A stretch of DNA of 64,000 bases from an uncultured Chloroflexia bacterium (GCA_963766735.1 CAVYBU010000003.1:192001-256000), one strand, 5' to 3'; counted from the first letter of the stretch, positions 49,241 through 58,884 are shown. The notes: generated by a model from the letters alone, not told the origin. Numbers and translations: made by a program.

Positions 49241-50722
49241 TCAGTCGGCGAGGGTGAACGAGCCCCCGTCCGTGAAGCTGAGGTTCGGCCAGTCGCCGGT
49301 GGCGCACATCACGCCGATCAGGCCTGACGGCAGCTCGCCCAGCACGACCGCGTCCTGTCCTGCCTCCGCGAAGGGGCCCTGGCCCTCGATCTCGATGATC
49401 CAGTCCGGGGGAGCCAAAGCGCTCTCGTCGGACAAGTCGAGCGTCGAGACCCATGCAAGGGCATCCGCCCACGTCCTTGGCTGCACGACCCCGGCGGCAA
49501 CCAGGCCGGCGCCCGTCGTCCCCCTGTTGGCGAAGGAGATCTGCAGGAGCCCTCCCGTCGTCGGCGGATCGCCGTCCATGCGGCAGTTCGTGCCATCCCA
49601 GGTCATGCGGAGCGTGCCCGCGGGCGTGAAGGGCTCCGGGCGCGGCGCGCCGCGGCGGAGGCCGGCGAGGACGGCTTCGCGAACTTTGGCGCCGTCGGCA
49701 CCCATCGCCGCACGGACCGGGCGGCCGGCTGTGTCCCGGTTGATGCGGCCCGCGGCCGAGGACCCGTCCGTCACCGTCACGTTCATCTCCTCCCACGTGA
49801 GGAGGCCGGGGTCGGCAAGGCCGACGGCCGCGACCGAGTCCCACCAGTAGTTGCCCTCCGCGGCGAGGTACGGGTTGCGGGCATAGGTCTCGTAGGCGAT
49901 GTCCGCCCCTGCCGCGCCATGGTCCGTATCGAGGACCGCGAGGATGTCGACGGGCACGGGCGCATCGTTGGTCGCGTCCAGTGGCACGAGGGTGACCGGG
50001 ACGTCGAGCGCCATCACGGCTGCGAACGCCTCCGGGTCCGCGCCGACGTTCCATTCGACCCGATCTGCGGGCGTCGTGGCCCCGAGCTCGATGTTGCCCG
50101 GCGCATCGATCGTGCCGGCCATCGCGTGGATCCCCGTGACGGCAGCCAGGTCGTCCGGGTGCGCCGCGAACAGGTCCTGGAGGTTGGTCCACGTCCCGAC
50201 GGCAAGGACGGTGACCGGCTCCGGTGACATCGCGAGCGCTTCGTGGAGGATCGTGACGGCGTCCGGCGGGAACTCCGAGGCGGCGACCGGCGGGAGCACC
50301 ACGCCGTACATCGCATCGCTCGATGCGCGCCACTCGTCGGGGAAGGAGCGGCCGTTCGGTCCGGGCTCCTCCCGGCCGCATCCGAACGGGATGTCGAGCC
50401 GGTCGAAGGCGCCCAGGATCCGGCGCAGGTTCCGGATCCCTGCGCCGCAGTGGACCAGCCCCGTCCCGTCGATGGCGATGGCGCGGACATCCATCGAGGG
50501 GTCCCGGAGGATCACGTACAGGGCGAGGAGGTCGTCCATGCCCATGTCGGTGTCGAACACGATCGGCCGCACGACCGAGGCCGAGGATGCCGACGGAGAC
50601 ACCGACGGAGACGCCGATTCGAGCGTCGTCGGCACGGCCTCGGATGGGGGGGTGCTCCCGCACGCGGCGAGGGCGACGGCGAGGAGCACGAGGGTGAGCG
50701 TGGTAGCGGCAGGACGCTTCAT
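49241..50722 (-). CDS. Lipoprotein with nucleoside hydrolase (IUNH) domain and extra C-terminal beta domain
   Basis: Lipobox LAAC, Ser/Pro linker, FDTDMGMDD, VGTWTNL, EWNVGADP, VPLDAT, WWDS. Confidence 0.8.
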   Translation of the reverse strand: MKRPAATTLTLVLLAVALAACGSTPPSEAVPTTLESASPSVSPSASSASVVRPIVFDTDMGMDDLLALYVILRDPSMDVRAIAIDGTGLVHCGAGIRNLRRILGAFDRLDIPFGCGREEPGPNGRSFPDEWRASSDAMYGVVLPPVAASEFPPDAVTILHEALAMSPEPVTVLAVGTWTNLQDLFAAHPDDLAAVTGIHAMAGTIDAPGNIELGATTPADRVEWNVGADPEAFAAVMALDVPVTLVPLDATNDAPVPVDILAVLDTDHGAAGADIAYETYARNPYLAAEGNYWWDSVAAVGLADPGLLTWEEMNVTVTDGSSAAGRINRDTAGRPVRAAMGADGAKVREAVLAGLRRGAPRPEPFTPAGTLRMTWDGTNCRMDGDPPTTGGLLQISFANRGTTGAGLVAAGVVQPRTWADALAWVSTLDLSDESALAPPDWIIEIEGQGPFAEAGQDAVVLGELPSGLIGVMCATGDWPNLSFTDGGSFTLAD

Positions 50723-50728
50723 GGCCGC

Positions 50729-50761
50729 AGCGTGGTGCGTGACCGGTACGGCTTCGTTACG
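50729..50761 (-). promoter_or_regulatory. SARP-type direct-repeat promoter (copy 3)
   Basis: CGTAACG-aagc-CGTACCG-N9-CACGCT-N6-ATG. Confidence 0.65.
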
Positions 50762-50770
50762 CGCCCGGCG

Positions 50771-51064
50771 TCAGCCTTCGTCGCGGACGACGGTCAGCCC
50801 GCGGGCGTGGGCCAGCGCCAGCACCCAGCCGGCGGCGCCCATCGCCGGGTCGCTCTCGAGCTCCGGCGCCTCGTCGCCGTCGTCCGCCCGGCCGGTGCCG
50901 CCCAGCAGGCGCAGGGTCCCGCCGTCGGCCGCCAGGCGGTCCAGGATCCGCTCGAGGTCCTCGCCGCCCACGGCCACGAACCGCGCTCCGGTGTCCACGG
51001 ACACGGAGCCGTCGGTCTCGGCGTAGAGCGTCAAGTCGGCGGACGCCCGGTCGCTGATGCCCAT
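50771..51064 (-). CDS. Small acidic hypothetical protein
   Basis: 97-aa ORF directly after pmbA on the same strand. Confidence 0.55.
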   Translation of the reverse strand: MGISDRASADLTLYAETDGSVSVDTGARFVAVGGEDLERILDRLAADGGTLRLLGGTGRADDGDEAPELESDPAMGAAGWVLALAHARGLTVVRDEG

Positions 51065-51073
51065 CGCCCGGTC

Positions 51074-52444
51074 CTACCCGGCCGCCGTGGCGCCGGTGAA
51101 CGAGAACGAGGAGAGCCGCAGCGACGGCACCACGCTCCCGCCCAGCATCCCGCGGATGCAGCGGCGCTCCCGGCTCACGGCCTCCACGTTCGCGAGCGCG
51201 TCCAGGTACGACATCGTGAAGCGGAGGTTCCGGACCGGCCCGACGATCCTGCCGCCCTCAACCAGGAAGGTCCCGTCGCGGGTCATGCCCGTGATGATCA
51301 CCTTCTTGGAGTGGACCGGGTTCGTGTAGTGGAACCGGGTGACCAGCAGCCCGCGATCCAGCCCGCCGACCAGGTCCTCCATGGATGCGTCGCCCGCGCT
51401 CATCACCATGTTGGTCGGGAACGGGCCCCACGGGTTCGGGGCGGGGAGGCCATGGCCGGTGGAGGCGTGGCCGGCTCTCGCGCCGGTCTGCTGGTCGAAC
51501 GCGAGATCCCGGCAGACGCCCGCGTCCAGGAGGGCCAGGCGCTGCTTCGGGACGCCCTCGGCATCGAAGCCCATCGGCGTGCCGGCGGGATCCCGGCCAT
51601 CGTCCGTGATGGTGACGAGCGGCGAGGCCACGCGCCGGCCGGCCTCCCAGAACGAGCGGTCCTCCTGGACCGCAAGAGCCGAGAACCCGAGGTACCCGAG
51701 CATGTCGAGCAGGTCCACCACCGCGTAGTGGTGGAGGACGACGGGGTAGTCGCCGGGGTCGATGGCGACGGGGTTGGCGCTGGCGCGGGCGCGCTCGGCA
51801 GACTCCCGACCGATCGTCGCGGCGTCGATCGTGGTGGCGTCGGTCGCGCACTGCTCCGCATAGCCGGTCCCATCGTCCGGGCCCATCGACACGGTCAGAA
51901 GCTGGCTCGTGGTCCGGCGCTCTGCGGCCCGGATGCCCCTGGAGTTCGCGACCGCGATCGCCTCCGCATCCGTGGAGAACGAGCCGAAGGCGGTGACCCC
52001 GGCCGCGTCCGCTGCCGCGATGACAGCCCGAGCGCCGTCGGCGCGCAGCTCCGGGGTGGCGTTGGCGGTCCCGTCGGACCACGCGATGGCAAGGGGCTCC
52101 GCGGCGCCGGCCTCGGGCAGTCCTGCCCAGTCTTCCAGCTCCTCGACGTTGGCGGCGATGGCCACGGCGCGCTCGACCAGCGCCCGCACGCCCTCGGCGT
52201 CGACGCGACCCGTCGATGCCACACCCACCCGCCGTCCCTTGACGACGCGCAGGCTGACGAGGACCTCGGCGCTGGCGACGTTCTGGTGGATCTCGCTGTT
52301 GGCAAAGCGGGTCAGGGACGACTCGCCGGCCACGACCAGGGCTTCGGCCTCGGTGGCGCCCGCCGCCCCGGCCAGCCGGACGGCGTCCTCCGCGAGGCGA
52401 AGCGCCGCCTCCGGGTCCGACCCGGTGCCGTCTCGCACGGTCAT
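51074..52444 (-). CDS. pmbA: TldE/PmbA-family protein
   Basis: LTRFANSEIHQN, PGDYPVVL, FDAEGVP, STGH, TGMTRDG; lacks HExxxH. Confidence 0.85.
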   Translation of the reverse strand: MTVRDGTGSDPEAALRLAEDAVRLAGAAGATEAEALVVAGESSLTRFANSEIHQNVASAEVLVSLRVVKGRRVGVASTGRVDAEGVRALVERAVAIAANVEELEDWAGLPEAGAAEPLAIAWSDGTANATPELRADGARAVIAAADAAGVTAFGSFSTDAEAIAVANSRGIRAAERRTTSQLLTVSMGPDDGTGYAEQCATDATTIDAATIGRESAERARASANPVAIDPGDYPVVLHHYAVVDLLDMLGYLGFSALAVQEDRSFWEAGRRVASPLVTITDDGRDPAGTPMGFDAEGVPKQRLALLDAGVCRDLAFDQQTGARAGHASTGHGLPAPNPWGPFPTNMVMSAGDASMEDLVGGLDRGLLVTRFHYTNPVHSKKVIITGMTRDGTFLVEGGRIVGPVRNLRFTMSYLDALANVEAVSRERRCIRGMLGGSVVPSLRLSSFSFTGATAAG

Positions 52445-53883
52445 GCCACCACCCCCACGCGCACGTTGCGGAATCGGGCGCCCGAGACGCCGTGGCCCAC
52501 GTGGCCGGACTGGGGCGGTTCGCCCTTGCCGCAGTTCGGTGTGCCCCACATCTGCCACGAAGACGCGTCGCCAACAGCGTCCATCGACCGCCACAGCTCG
52601 TAGGTGATGCCGGTGTACGTCCCGTTGCGGAACAGCCGGCCCACCTTGCCTCCCTTGACCTCGCGGCAGATCTCGGTTCCGAACTGGAAGTTGAGGCGCC
52701 GGTCGTCGATCGACCAGCTGCGGTTCGTCTCGAACAGGAGGCCGTCGTCCGTGTCCGCGACGATGTCCTCGAAGCTCATCCCCGGCTTCGGCAGCAGGTT
52801 CACGTTGGTCATCCGGATCAGGGGAATGCGGTTCCAGCCGTCGGCGCGCATCGCCCCGCCGGACCGGCGCCCGATGCGGGGTGCGGTCTCGCGAGAGCTG
52901 AGGTAGCCGACGAACATGCCCTCCTTCACGAGCGCGACCTGTTGCGCCGCGACGCCCTCGTCGTCCCAGCCGAAGGTTCCCAGGCCGCCCGGGACCGTGG
53001 CGTCGGCCACGATGTCGCACAGGTCCGAGCCGTAGCGGAAGCCGTCGAGCATGTCCGGCGTGAGGAAGCTGGTGCCCGCGTAGCTCGCCTCGCTGCCGAA
53101 GGCCCGATCGAGCTCCGTCGGGTGTCCGCAGCTCTCGTGCACCTGCATGTAGAGCTGGCTGGGGTGCAGGAGGATGGTCCGCGTCCCGGCGGGGAGAGGC
53201 GGCGCGGTCAGCAGCTCAACGGCCTCCGACGCGATGCGCTCAGCGTTGCCGGCAAGGTCCAGGCCACGAACCCACTCGTAGCCGGCCGAGGCCCAGGCGC
53301 CGCCGTTGTCGGGGTAGCTCCGGCGCTGGTGCTCGTCGCCGTCGATGGCATTGGCTTCCAGGCCGCTGCCGACGTGGGTGATGACCTGCTCCGTGTAGCT
53401 GCCGTCCGAGGCGGCGAAGGTCTTCCACTCCCGCTGCGCGGCGTAGAGCGATTCCGTCCAGGCGACCCCCTTGACGGCATTCAGGGCGCGGTCGGCGGCG
53501 AGCAGGTCCGCGATCTTGCGCTCCAGCGGGACCGCGAACGGGTCTTCCGCCACGGGCGTCTCGAAGAGGCCGTTGGCGGGCGGGCGGTCGTCCAGCAGGA
53601 CGGGGTGGCGGAGAGCGGTGGCAGAGGCCTTCGCGATGCGGATGGCCTGCGCTGCGACGCGGTCCGCCTCCGTGTTGGTCAGGTCGTGGCTGGAGGCGAA
53701 CCCCCAGGCGCCGTCCACGAGGACACGGACACCGAAGCCCTCGCTCTCACCGGACTGGACGCCCTCCACGCGGGTGGACTTGATGTTGATCGATTCCTCG
53801 AGCCGCCGGACAACGCGCACATCCGCGTACGTGGCGCCCAGGGCGTTGGCCGTGTCGAGGGCACGGCTTGTCAGATCTCGCAT
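52441..53883 (-). CDS. tldD: TldD metalloprotease
   Basis: GFGVRVLVDGAWGFA, HESCGHPTELDR, WDDEGV, RMTN, CGKGEP. Confidence 0.92.
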   Translation of the reverse strand: MRDLTSRALDTANALGATYADVRVVRRLEESINIKSTRVEGVQSGESEGFGVRVLVDGAWGFASSHDLTNTEADRVAAQAIRIAKASATALRHPVLLDDRPPANGLFETPVAEDPFAVPLERKIADLLAADRALNAVKGVAWTESLYAAQREWKTFAASDGSYTEQVITHVGSGLEANAIDGDEHQRRSYPDNGGAWASAGYEWVRGLDLAGNAERIASEAVELLTAPPLPAGTRTILLHPSQLYMQVHESCGHPTELDRAFGSEASYAGTSFLTPDMLDGFRYGSDLCDIVADATVPGGLGTFGWDDEGVAAQQVALVKEGMFVGYLSSRETAPRIGRRSGGAMRADGWNRIPLIRMTNVNLLPKPGMSFEDIVADTDDGLLFETNRSWSIDDRRLNFQFGTEICREVKGGKVGRLFRNGTYTGITYELWRSMDAVGDASSWQMWGTPNCGKGEPPQSGHVGHGVSGARFRNVRVGVVA

Positions 53884-53936
53884 TGGGACCGAGGGTAGCG
53901 CGTGGGGCGCCGGTTGGCGCTAGGGCGAATCTCGTA

Positions 53937-53974
53937 CTCGCGGGCGCCGGGGCTCGCGGGCGCCGGGGCTCGCG
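53937..53974. repeat. 16-bp tandem repeat x2.4, intergenic
   Basis: ctcgcgggcgccgggg twice, then ctcgcg. Confidence 0.75.
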
Positions 53975-54186
53975 CGCTTCGTCGCCGGAGCTCCCCGGGA
54001 CCTTTGGCCCCCGAGGCCGGCCCCCATCGGCCCTGTGTGCCCGGGCCGCCGGGTCCCGAAATTACCCCAACCCGACGACCTTCGGCTCCCAGCGCCTGGA
54101 GCTGGTGACCGACCAGGGCGTCGCGCACGTCCCGGGGTGTTCGCGCATCGGCCCGACACCTGCAAGCTGACCTGGAGGAGTACGAG

Positions 54187-55410
54187 ATGGGCGATGCCGG
54201 AGGGCTCCCTGCGAGTCCCGTCCTGCCTGCGAGCGCGAGCGCCGCGCCGCCTCCGGTCGCCGACCAGTCAGGGAACTGGCTGCAGGCGGCCCTCGAGTAC
54301 CAGGGCATCAGTCGCCGCCGGTTCCTGGGCTTCGCGTCCGCGATGACCGCGCTGCTGGCGCTGCCGGCGTCGATGACCCCGAGGATCGTCAACGCCCTCG
54401 AGACGAAGCCGAAGCCCACCGTCATCTGGATGGAGTTCCAGGACTGCGCCGGCAACACCGAGTCGATGCTCCGCAGCAGCCACCCGGCGATCGCCGACAT
54501 CGTCCTGGACGCCATCTCGCTCGAGTACCACGAGACGATCATGGCGGGAGCCGGCTCGGCTGCCGAGAAGGTCCGCGAGGACATCGTCAAGAGCGGCCAG
54601 CCCTACGTCCTGATTGTCGAGGGTTCGATCCCCACGGCCGAGAACGGCATCTACTGCACCATCGGCGGGCGCACGGCGTTGGACCTGCTCAGGGAGACGG
54701 CCGCAGGCGCAGCCCTCGTGATCGCGGTTGGTGCGTGTGCCTGGGACGGCGGCTTCCCGCGGCTCGGCCCCACCGGCGCGGTGGGCGTCGGCGACGTCAT
54801 CGGCGACAAGGCGCTGGTGAACCTCGGCGGCTGCCCGCACAACGCGGCCAACACCACCGCCACGCTCGTCCACTACCTGACGTTCGGCTCGGCGCCCGCG
54901 CTGGACCAGTACAACCGACCCCTGTTCGCCTACGGCCACCTCATCCACGACCAATGCGAGCGCAGGGCGCACTTCGACGCCGGCCGCTTCGTGGAGGAGT
55001 GGGGCGACGAGGGTCACCGCAACGGCTGGTGCCTCTACAAGACCGGCTGCAAGGGGCCACAGGCGACCTACAACTGTCCGATCGTGCGCTGGAACGACGG
55101 CGTGAACTGGCCGATCGGTGCCGGGCACGGCTGCGTTGCCTGCGCTTCGCCCCGGTTCTGGGAGCGAATGAGCCCGTTCTACGAGCGGCTCCCGGGCGTG
55201 CAGATGTTCGGCGGTGACGTGGACGCCCAGACCATCGGCCTGGCCGCCGTCGGGTTCGTCGGCATCGCCACGGTCGCCCACGGTGCGGGCGTCGCCGCTC
55301 GACGGGCGAGAGAGCGGAAACGAGCGACGGTCGCCCCGGATGGGACCGTCGTGCCCGAGACCACGCCCACCCCCGCCGAGGCGTCGGACGACGCCGGCAC
55401 CAACGCGTAG
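54187..55410 (+). CDS. hyaA: Group 1 [NiFe]-hydrogenase small subunit (Tat signal, C-terminal TM anchor)
   Basis: SRRRFL, QDCAGNTES, VGACAWDGG, GCP, HDQCERR, WCLYKTGCKGP, GHGCVAC. Confidence 0.93.
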   Translation: MGDAGGLPASPVLPASASAAPPPVADQSGNWLQAALEYQGISRRRFLGFASAMTALLALPASMTPRIVNALETKPKPTVIWMEFQDCAGNTESMLRSSHPAIADIVLDAISLEYHETIMAGAGSAAEKVREDIVKSGQPYVLIVEGSIPTAENGIYCTIGGRTALDLLRETAAGAALVIAVGACAWDGGFPRLGPTGAVGVGDVIGDKALVNLGGCPHNAANTTATLVHYLTFGSAPALDQYNRPLFAYGHLIHDQCERRAHFDAGRFVEEWGDEGHRNGWCLYKTGCKGPQATYNCPIVRWNDGVNWPIGAGHGCVACASPRFWERMSPFYERLPGVQMFGGDVDAQTIGLAAVGFVGIATVAHGAGVAARRARERKRATVAPDGTVVPETTPTPAEASDDAGTNA

Positions 55411-55419
55411 GAGCGGACG

Positions 55420-57132
55420 ATGGCCGATCGAATCGTCATCGATCCCGTCACACGGATCGAAGGTCACCTCCGGATCGAAGCGCAGGTCGAGGGTGGCAAG
55501 GTCAGCGCCGCCTACTCGTCCGGCACGATGTTCCGGGGCATGGAGCTCATCCTCAAGGGCCGCGATCCGCGCGAGGCATGGATCTGGGCACAGCGCATCT
55601 GCGGCGTCTGCACCACGGTCCACGCGCACACGTCGGTCTACGCGGTCGAGGACGCGCTGGGCGTGGAGATCCCGCCCAACGCCCGCCTGATCCGCAACCT
55701 GATCGCCGGCGCCCAGCACATCCAGGACCACGTCATCCACTTCTACCACCTGCACGCCCTGGACTGGGTGGACGTGGCCAGCTCCCTCGCCGCCAACCCG
55801 GCCGCGACCTCCAGGCTCGCCCAGTCGATCTCCCCCTGGGGCCTGAGCTCCGAGCAGTACTTCGCCGGTGTCCAGGCCCGGGTGAAGAAGCTTGTGGACT
55901 CAGGCCAGCTCAGCCTCTTCGCCAGCGGGTACTGGGGCCACCCGGCCTACAGGCTGCCGCCAGAGGCCAACCTCATGGCAGTCGCGCACTACCTCGAGGC
56001 CCTCACCTGGCAGCGCGAGGTCATCCAGATCCACGCTGTTCTCGGTGGCAAGAACCCTCATCCGCAGACGTACCTCGTCGGCGGCATGGCCTCGGCAGTG
56101 GACCCGAACTCGCCCAACGTCATCAACTGGGAGCGACTCACCTTCCTCAAGTCGCGCATCGACCAGATGCGGGAGTTCGTCACCCAGGTCTACGTGCCCG
56201 ACGTGAAGGCCGTGGCCGCGTTCTACCCGGAGTGGTGGGAGCTGGGTGCAGGCCACAAGAACTACCTCTCCTACGGTGGCCTGCAGGGCGGCAACCGGGA
56301 CGACGAGGCAAAGTTCGGCTTCAACCGCGGGATCATCGTCGGCGGCGACATCGGCAACCTCGTCCCGCTCGACCAGGCCAAGATCACCGAGGCGATCGCC
56401 CACTCCTACTACGAGTACGGCGGCGGCGATCAGGCCGCGCTGCACCCGTGGGATGGCGAGACGAAGCCGAAGTACACGGGCCCGACGCCCCCGTTCGAGA
56501 GCCTCGACGTCGAGGCCAAGTACTCGTGGCTGAAGTCGCCGCGCTACGACGGCATGCCGATGGAGGTGGGCCCGCTGGCCCGCATGCTCGTTGGCTACGC
56601 GGCCGGCAACCCGCGGATCCAGGAGATCGTGAACGGTGCGCTCACGGAGCTCAAGCTGCCCGCGACGGCGCTGTTCTCGACGCTCGGCCGGGTCGCCGCC
56701 CGCGCGCTCGAGACCGTCTACCTCCTGGACATGATGGACGGCTGGCTCGCCGAGCTCACGAACAACATGGAGTCCGGCGACCTGCGCATCCACGAAGGCG
56801 GCAAGTGGGATCCGTCAACCTGGCCCGACGAGGCCGAGGGCTGGGGCTTCCACGAGGCGCCGCGCGGCGCCCTGGGGCACTGGATCAAGATCAAGGACAA
56901 GAAGATCGAGAACTACCAGGCGGTCGTCCCCTCGACCTGGAACGCCGGACCGCGCGACGCGGGCGGCGTGCCCGGACCCTACGAGGCGTCGCTCGAGGGC
57001 ACGCCCGTCGCCGTCCCCGAGCAGCCGCTGGAGCTGCTGCGCACCATCCACTCGTTCGACCCGTGCCTCGCCTGCGCGGTCCACGTCGTGGACGCCACCG
57101 GCAAGGAGCGGGTGCGCGTCGAGGTGCGGTGA
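55420..57132 (+). CDS. hyaB: Group 1 [NiFe]-hydrogenase large subunit
   Basis: DPVTRIEGHL, L1 QRICGVCTTVH, L2 SFDPCLACAVH plus cleavable tail. Confidence 0.96.
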   Translation: MADRIVIDPVTRIEGHLRIEAQVEGGKVSAAYSSGTMFRGMELILKGRDPREAWIWAQRICGVCTTVHAHTSVYAVEDALGVEIPPNARLIRNLIAGAQHIQDHVIHFYHLHALDWVDVASSLAANPAATSRLAQSISPWGLSSEQYFAGVQARVKKLVDSGQLSLFASGYWGHPAYRLPPEANLMAVAHYLEALTWQREVIQIHAVLGGKNPHPQTYLVGGMASAVDPNSPNVINWERLTFLKSRIDQMREFVTQVYVPDVKAVAAFYPEWWELGAGHKNYLSYGGLQGGNRDDEAKFGFNRGIIVGGDIGNLVPLDQAKITEAIAHSYYEYGGGDQAALHPWDGETKPKYTGPTPPFESLDVEAKYSWLKSPRYDGMPMEVGPLARMLVGYAAGNPRIQEIVNGALTELKLPATALFSTLGRVAARALETVYLLDMMDGWLAELTNNMESGDLRIHEGGKWDPSTWPDEAEGWGFHEAPRGALGHWIKIKDKKIENYQAVVPSTWNAGPRDAGGVPGPYEASLEGTPVAVPEQPLELLRTIHSFDPCLACAVHVVDATGKERVRVEVR

Positions 57133-57968
57133 TGGCCGCCGTCACCCAACCCCGGCCCACCGTCCCGAGCGACGACGAAAGGATCGGCTCGCAGCCGATC
57201 TACGTATGGGAGGTCCCGGTCCGGGTCACCCACTGGCTGATCGTCATCTCGATCGTCGTGCTCAGCGTGACCGGGATGTACATCCACGGGCCGTTCCTCG
57301 TGCCGTCGTCGCCGCTCGAGGCAAGCTCCCAGATGGCGAGCGTGCGCTTCTGGCACGAGATCTTCGCGATCGTGTTCAGCCTGTCGGTCGCCGTCCGCTT
57401 CTACTGGGGCTTCGTGGGCAACAGCTTCTCGAGCTGGAGCCAGATCATCCCCCACCGTCGAGACCAGTTCTACTGGCTCAAGGAGATGGGCAGGTACTAC
57501 TCGTTCCGGCGCCGGCACCCGGTGCCGTACACGGGCCACAACCATCTCGCGGGCCTCGCCTACACGGTCGTCTCCGTGGGCCTGTTCGCACAGGTGCTGA
57601 CGGGGTTGCTCCTGTTCGGCTGGATCATGCCCGCGGGTCCGTTCCACGTGCTCTTCGGGTGGGGGAACGCGGTCCCCGGCGGCATCCAGTTCGTCCGGTT
57701 CCTGCACAACCTGCTCACGTTCCTGTTCCTCGCCTTCGCGATCCACCACGTGTACAGCGCGATCCTGGTGGACATCGAGGAGCGCATCGGCGTCATGTCA
57801 TCGATGTTCAGTGGCTACAAGAACATCCGGACCGAGCAGACCGTCGAGGCCCTCGGTCTCGTCGGTCACGCCCCGGAGGAGAAGGCGCGCGCCCAGGCCG
57901 AGGAACGGGCCAACGGCAACCGGGCCAACGGCAAGGGCAGCGGCACGGGCAACGGCGCCGATGCATGA
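57132..57968 (+). CDS. hyaC: Hydrogenase b-type cytochrome subunit
   Basis: YVWEVPVRVTHW, RFWHE, GHNHLAG, RFLHN, IHHVYSA, SSMFSGYK. Confidence 0.92.
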   Translation: MAAVTQPRPTVPSDDERIGSQPIYVWEVPVRVTHWLIVISIVVLSVTGMYIHGPFLVPSSPLEASSQMASVRFWHEIFAIVFSLSVAVRFYWGFVGNSFSSWSQIIPHRRDQFYWLKEMGRYYSFRRRHPVPYTGHNHLAGLAYTVVSVGLFAQVLTGLLLFGWIMPAGPFHVLFGWGNAVPGGIQFVRFLHNLLTFLFLAFAIHHVYSAILVDIEERIGVMSSMFSGYKNIRTEQTVEALGLVGHAPEEKARAQAEERANGNRANGKGSGTGNGADA

Positions 57969-58293
57969 AGCCGGCCTCCTGGCCGCGGCGGTGGCCGATG
58001 CCCTCGCTGCGGCCGGACCGGGCCGACCGCGTCCCGTCGCGGTGGAGATCCGCATCCACGACCCCGTCCATGTCGCCCCGGAGTCTGCGCGCCTGCACGC
58101 GGAGCTCGCCCTCCGGGCACGTGGCCTGGACGACGTCGCCATCGAGGTGACCGCGGACCCCGTCGTCTGCGTGCTGTGCGACACGTCAAACGAGGCGCGG
58201 GCGGAACACCCCTTCTGCGCCGAGTGCGGCTGGCCCCTGCCCGACAAGGGCGGCCACGCCGTCGAGGCAACCCTGCGCTGGGCGTCGGCGTGA
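57961..58293 (+). CDS. hypA: HypA/HybF-like nickel metallochaperone
   Basis: N-terminal MHE; CVLC and CAEC zinc pairs. Confidence 0.75.
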   Translation: MHEAGLLAAAVADALAAAGPGRPRPVAVEIRIHDPVHVAPESARLHAELALRARGLDDVAIEVTADPVVCVLCDTSNEARAEHPFCAECGWPLPDKGGHAVEATLRWASA

Positions 58294-58778
58294 GCCGCTA
58301 CGCGGTCCTCGGGCTGGGCAACCGGCTCGAGACGGACGAGGCGCTGGGCGCGCTGGTGGTCGAGCAGCTCCTGTCGGAGCCCCATCACCTGGCCGGGCTG
58401 CCGGATCGGGACTCGGTGGAGCTGATCGATGGCGGGACGGTCGGTCTCGCGCTGCTGCCGTACCTGATGGACCTGGACGGCCTGCTGGTGGTGGACGTCA
58501 TCAACGCCGACCGTGCGCCGGGCACGCTGATCGACATGGACGGAGCGTCGCTCATCCGCCACGAGCAGGTGATGAGCGTCCATGACCTTGGGGCCGGGGA
58601 GCTCCTCGGCGCGCTGCACGTGCTGGAGGCCTGGCCAAGACGCGTGCGGGTCATCGGGCTGGAGCCGCACACGATTGAGCTGGGGCTGGAGCTCACGCCG
58701 CCCGTTGCCGCCGGGGTCCCGGGTCTGCTTGACGCGATCACCGGCCACCTTGGGGACTGGCAGCGCGCGGACGCATAG
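58290..58778 (+). CDS. hyaD: Hydrogenase maturation protease
   Basis: VLGLGNRLETDEALG, LIDGGT, VVDVI, SVHDLG. Confidence 0.9.
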   Translation: MSRYAVLGLGNRLETDEALGALVVEQLLSEPHHLAGLPDRDSVELIDGGTVGLALLPYLMDLDGLLVVDVINADRAPGTLIDMDGASLIRHEQVMSVHDLGAGELLGALHVLEAWPRRVRVIGLEPHTIELGLELTPPVAAGVPGLLDAITGHLGDWQRADA

Positions 58779-58884
58779 GCCGGTGGCCGGCGTGGCGCCG
58801 CAGTTCCGGGCCTGCGCGCGGGACCGCGGTCCCGGCCGGCGGTCGGACGCCAGGGCCGCGGCGCCATCCTCTACACTCGACAGC

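Noticed and set aside
51074-53883. tldD/pmbA as part of a RiPP cluster
   Set aside because: No precursor peptide or modification enzymes adjacent; tldDE are commonly standalone.
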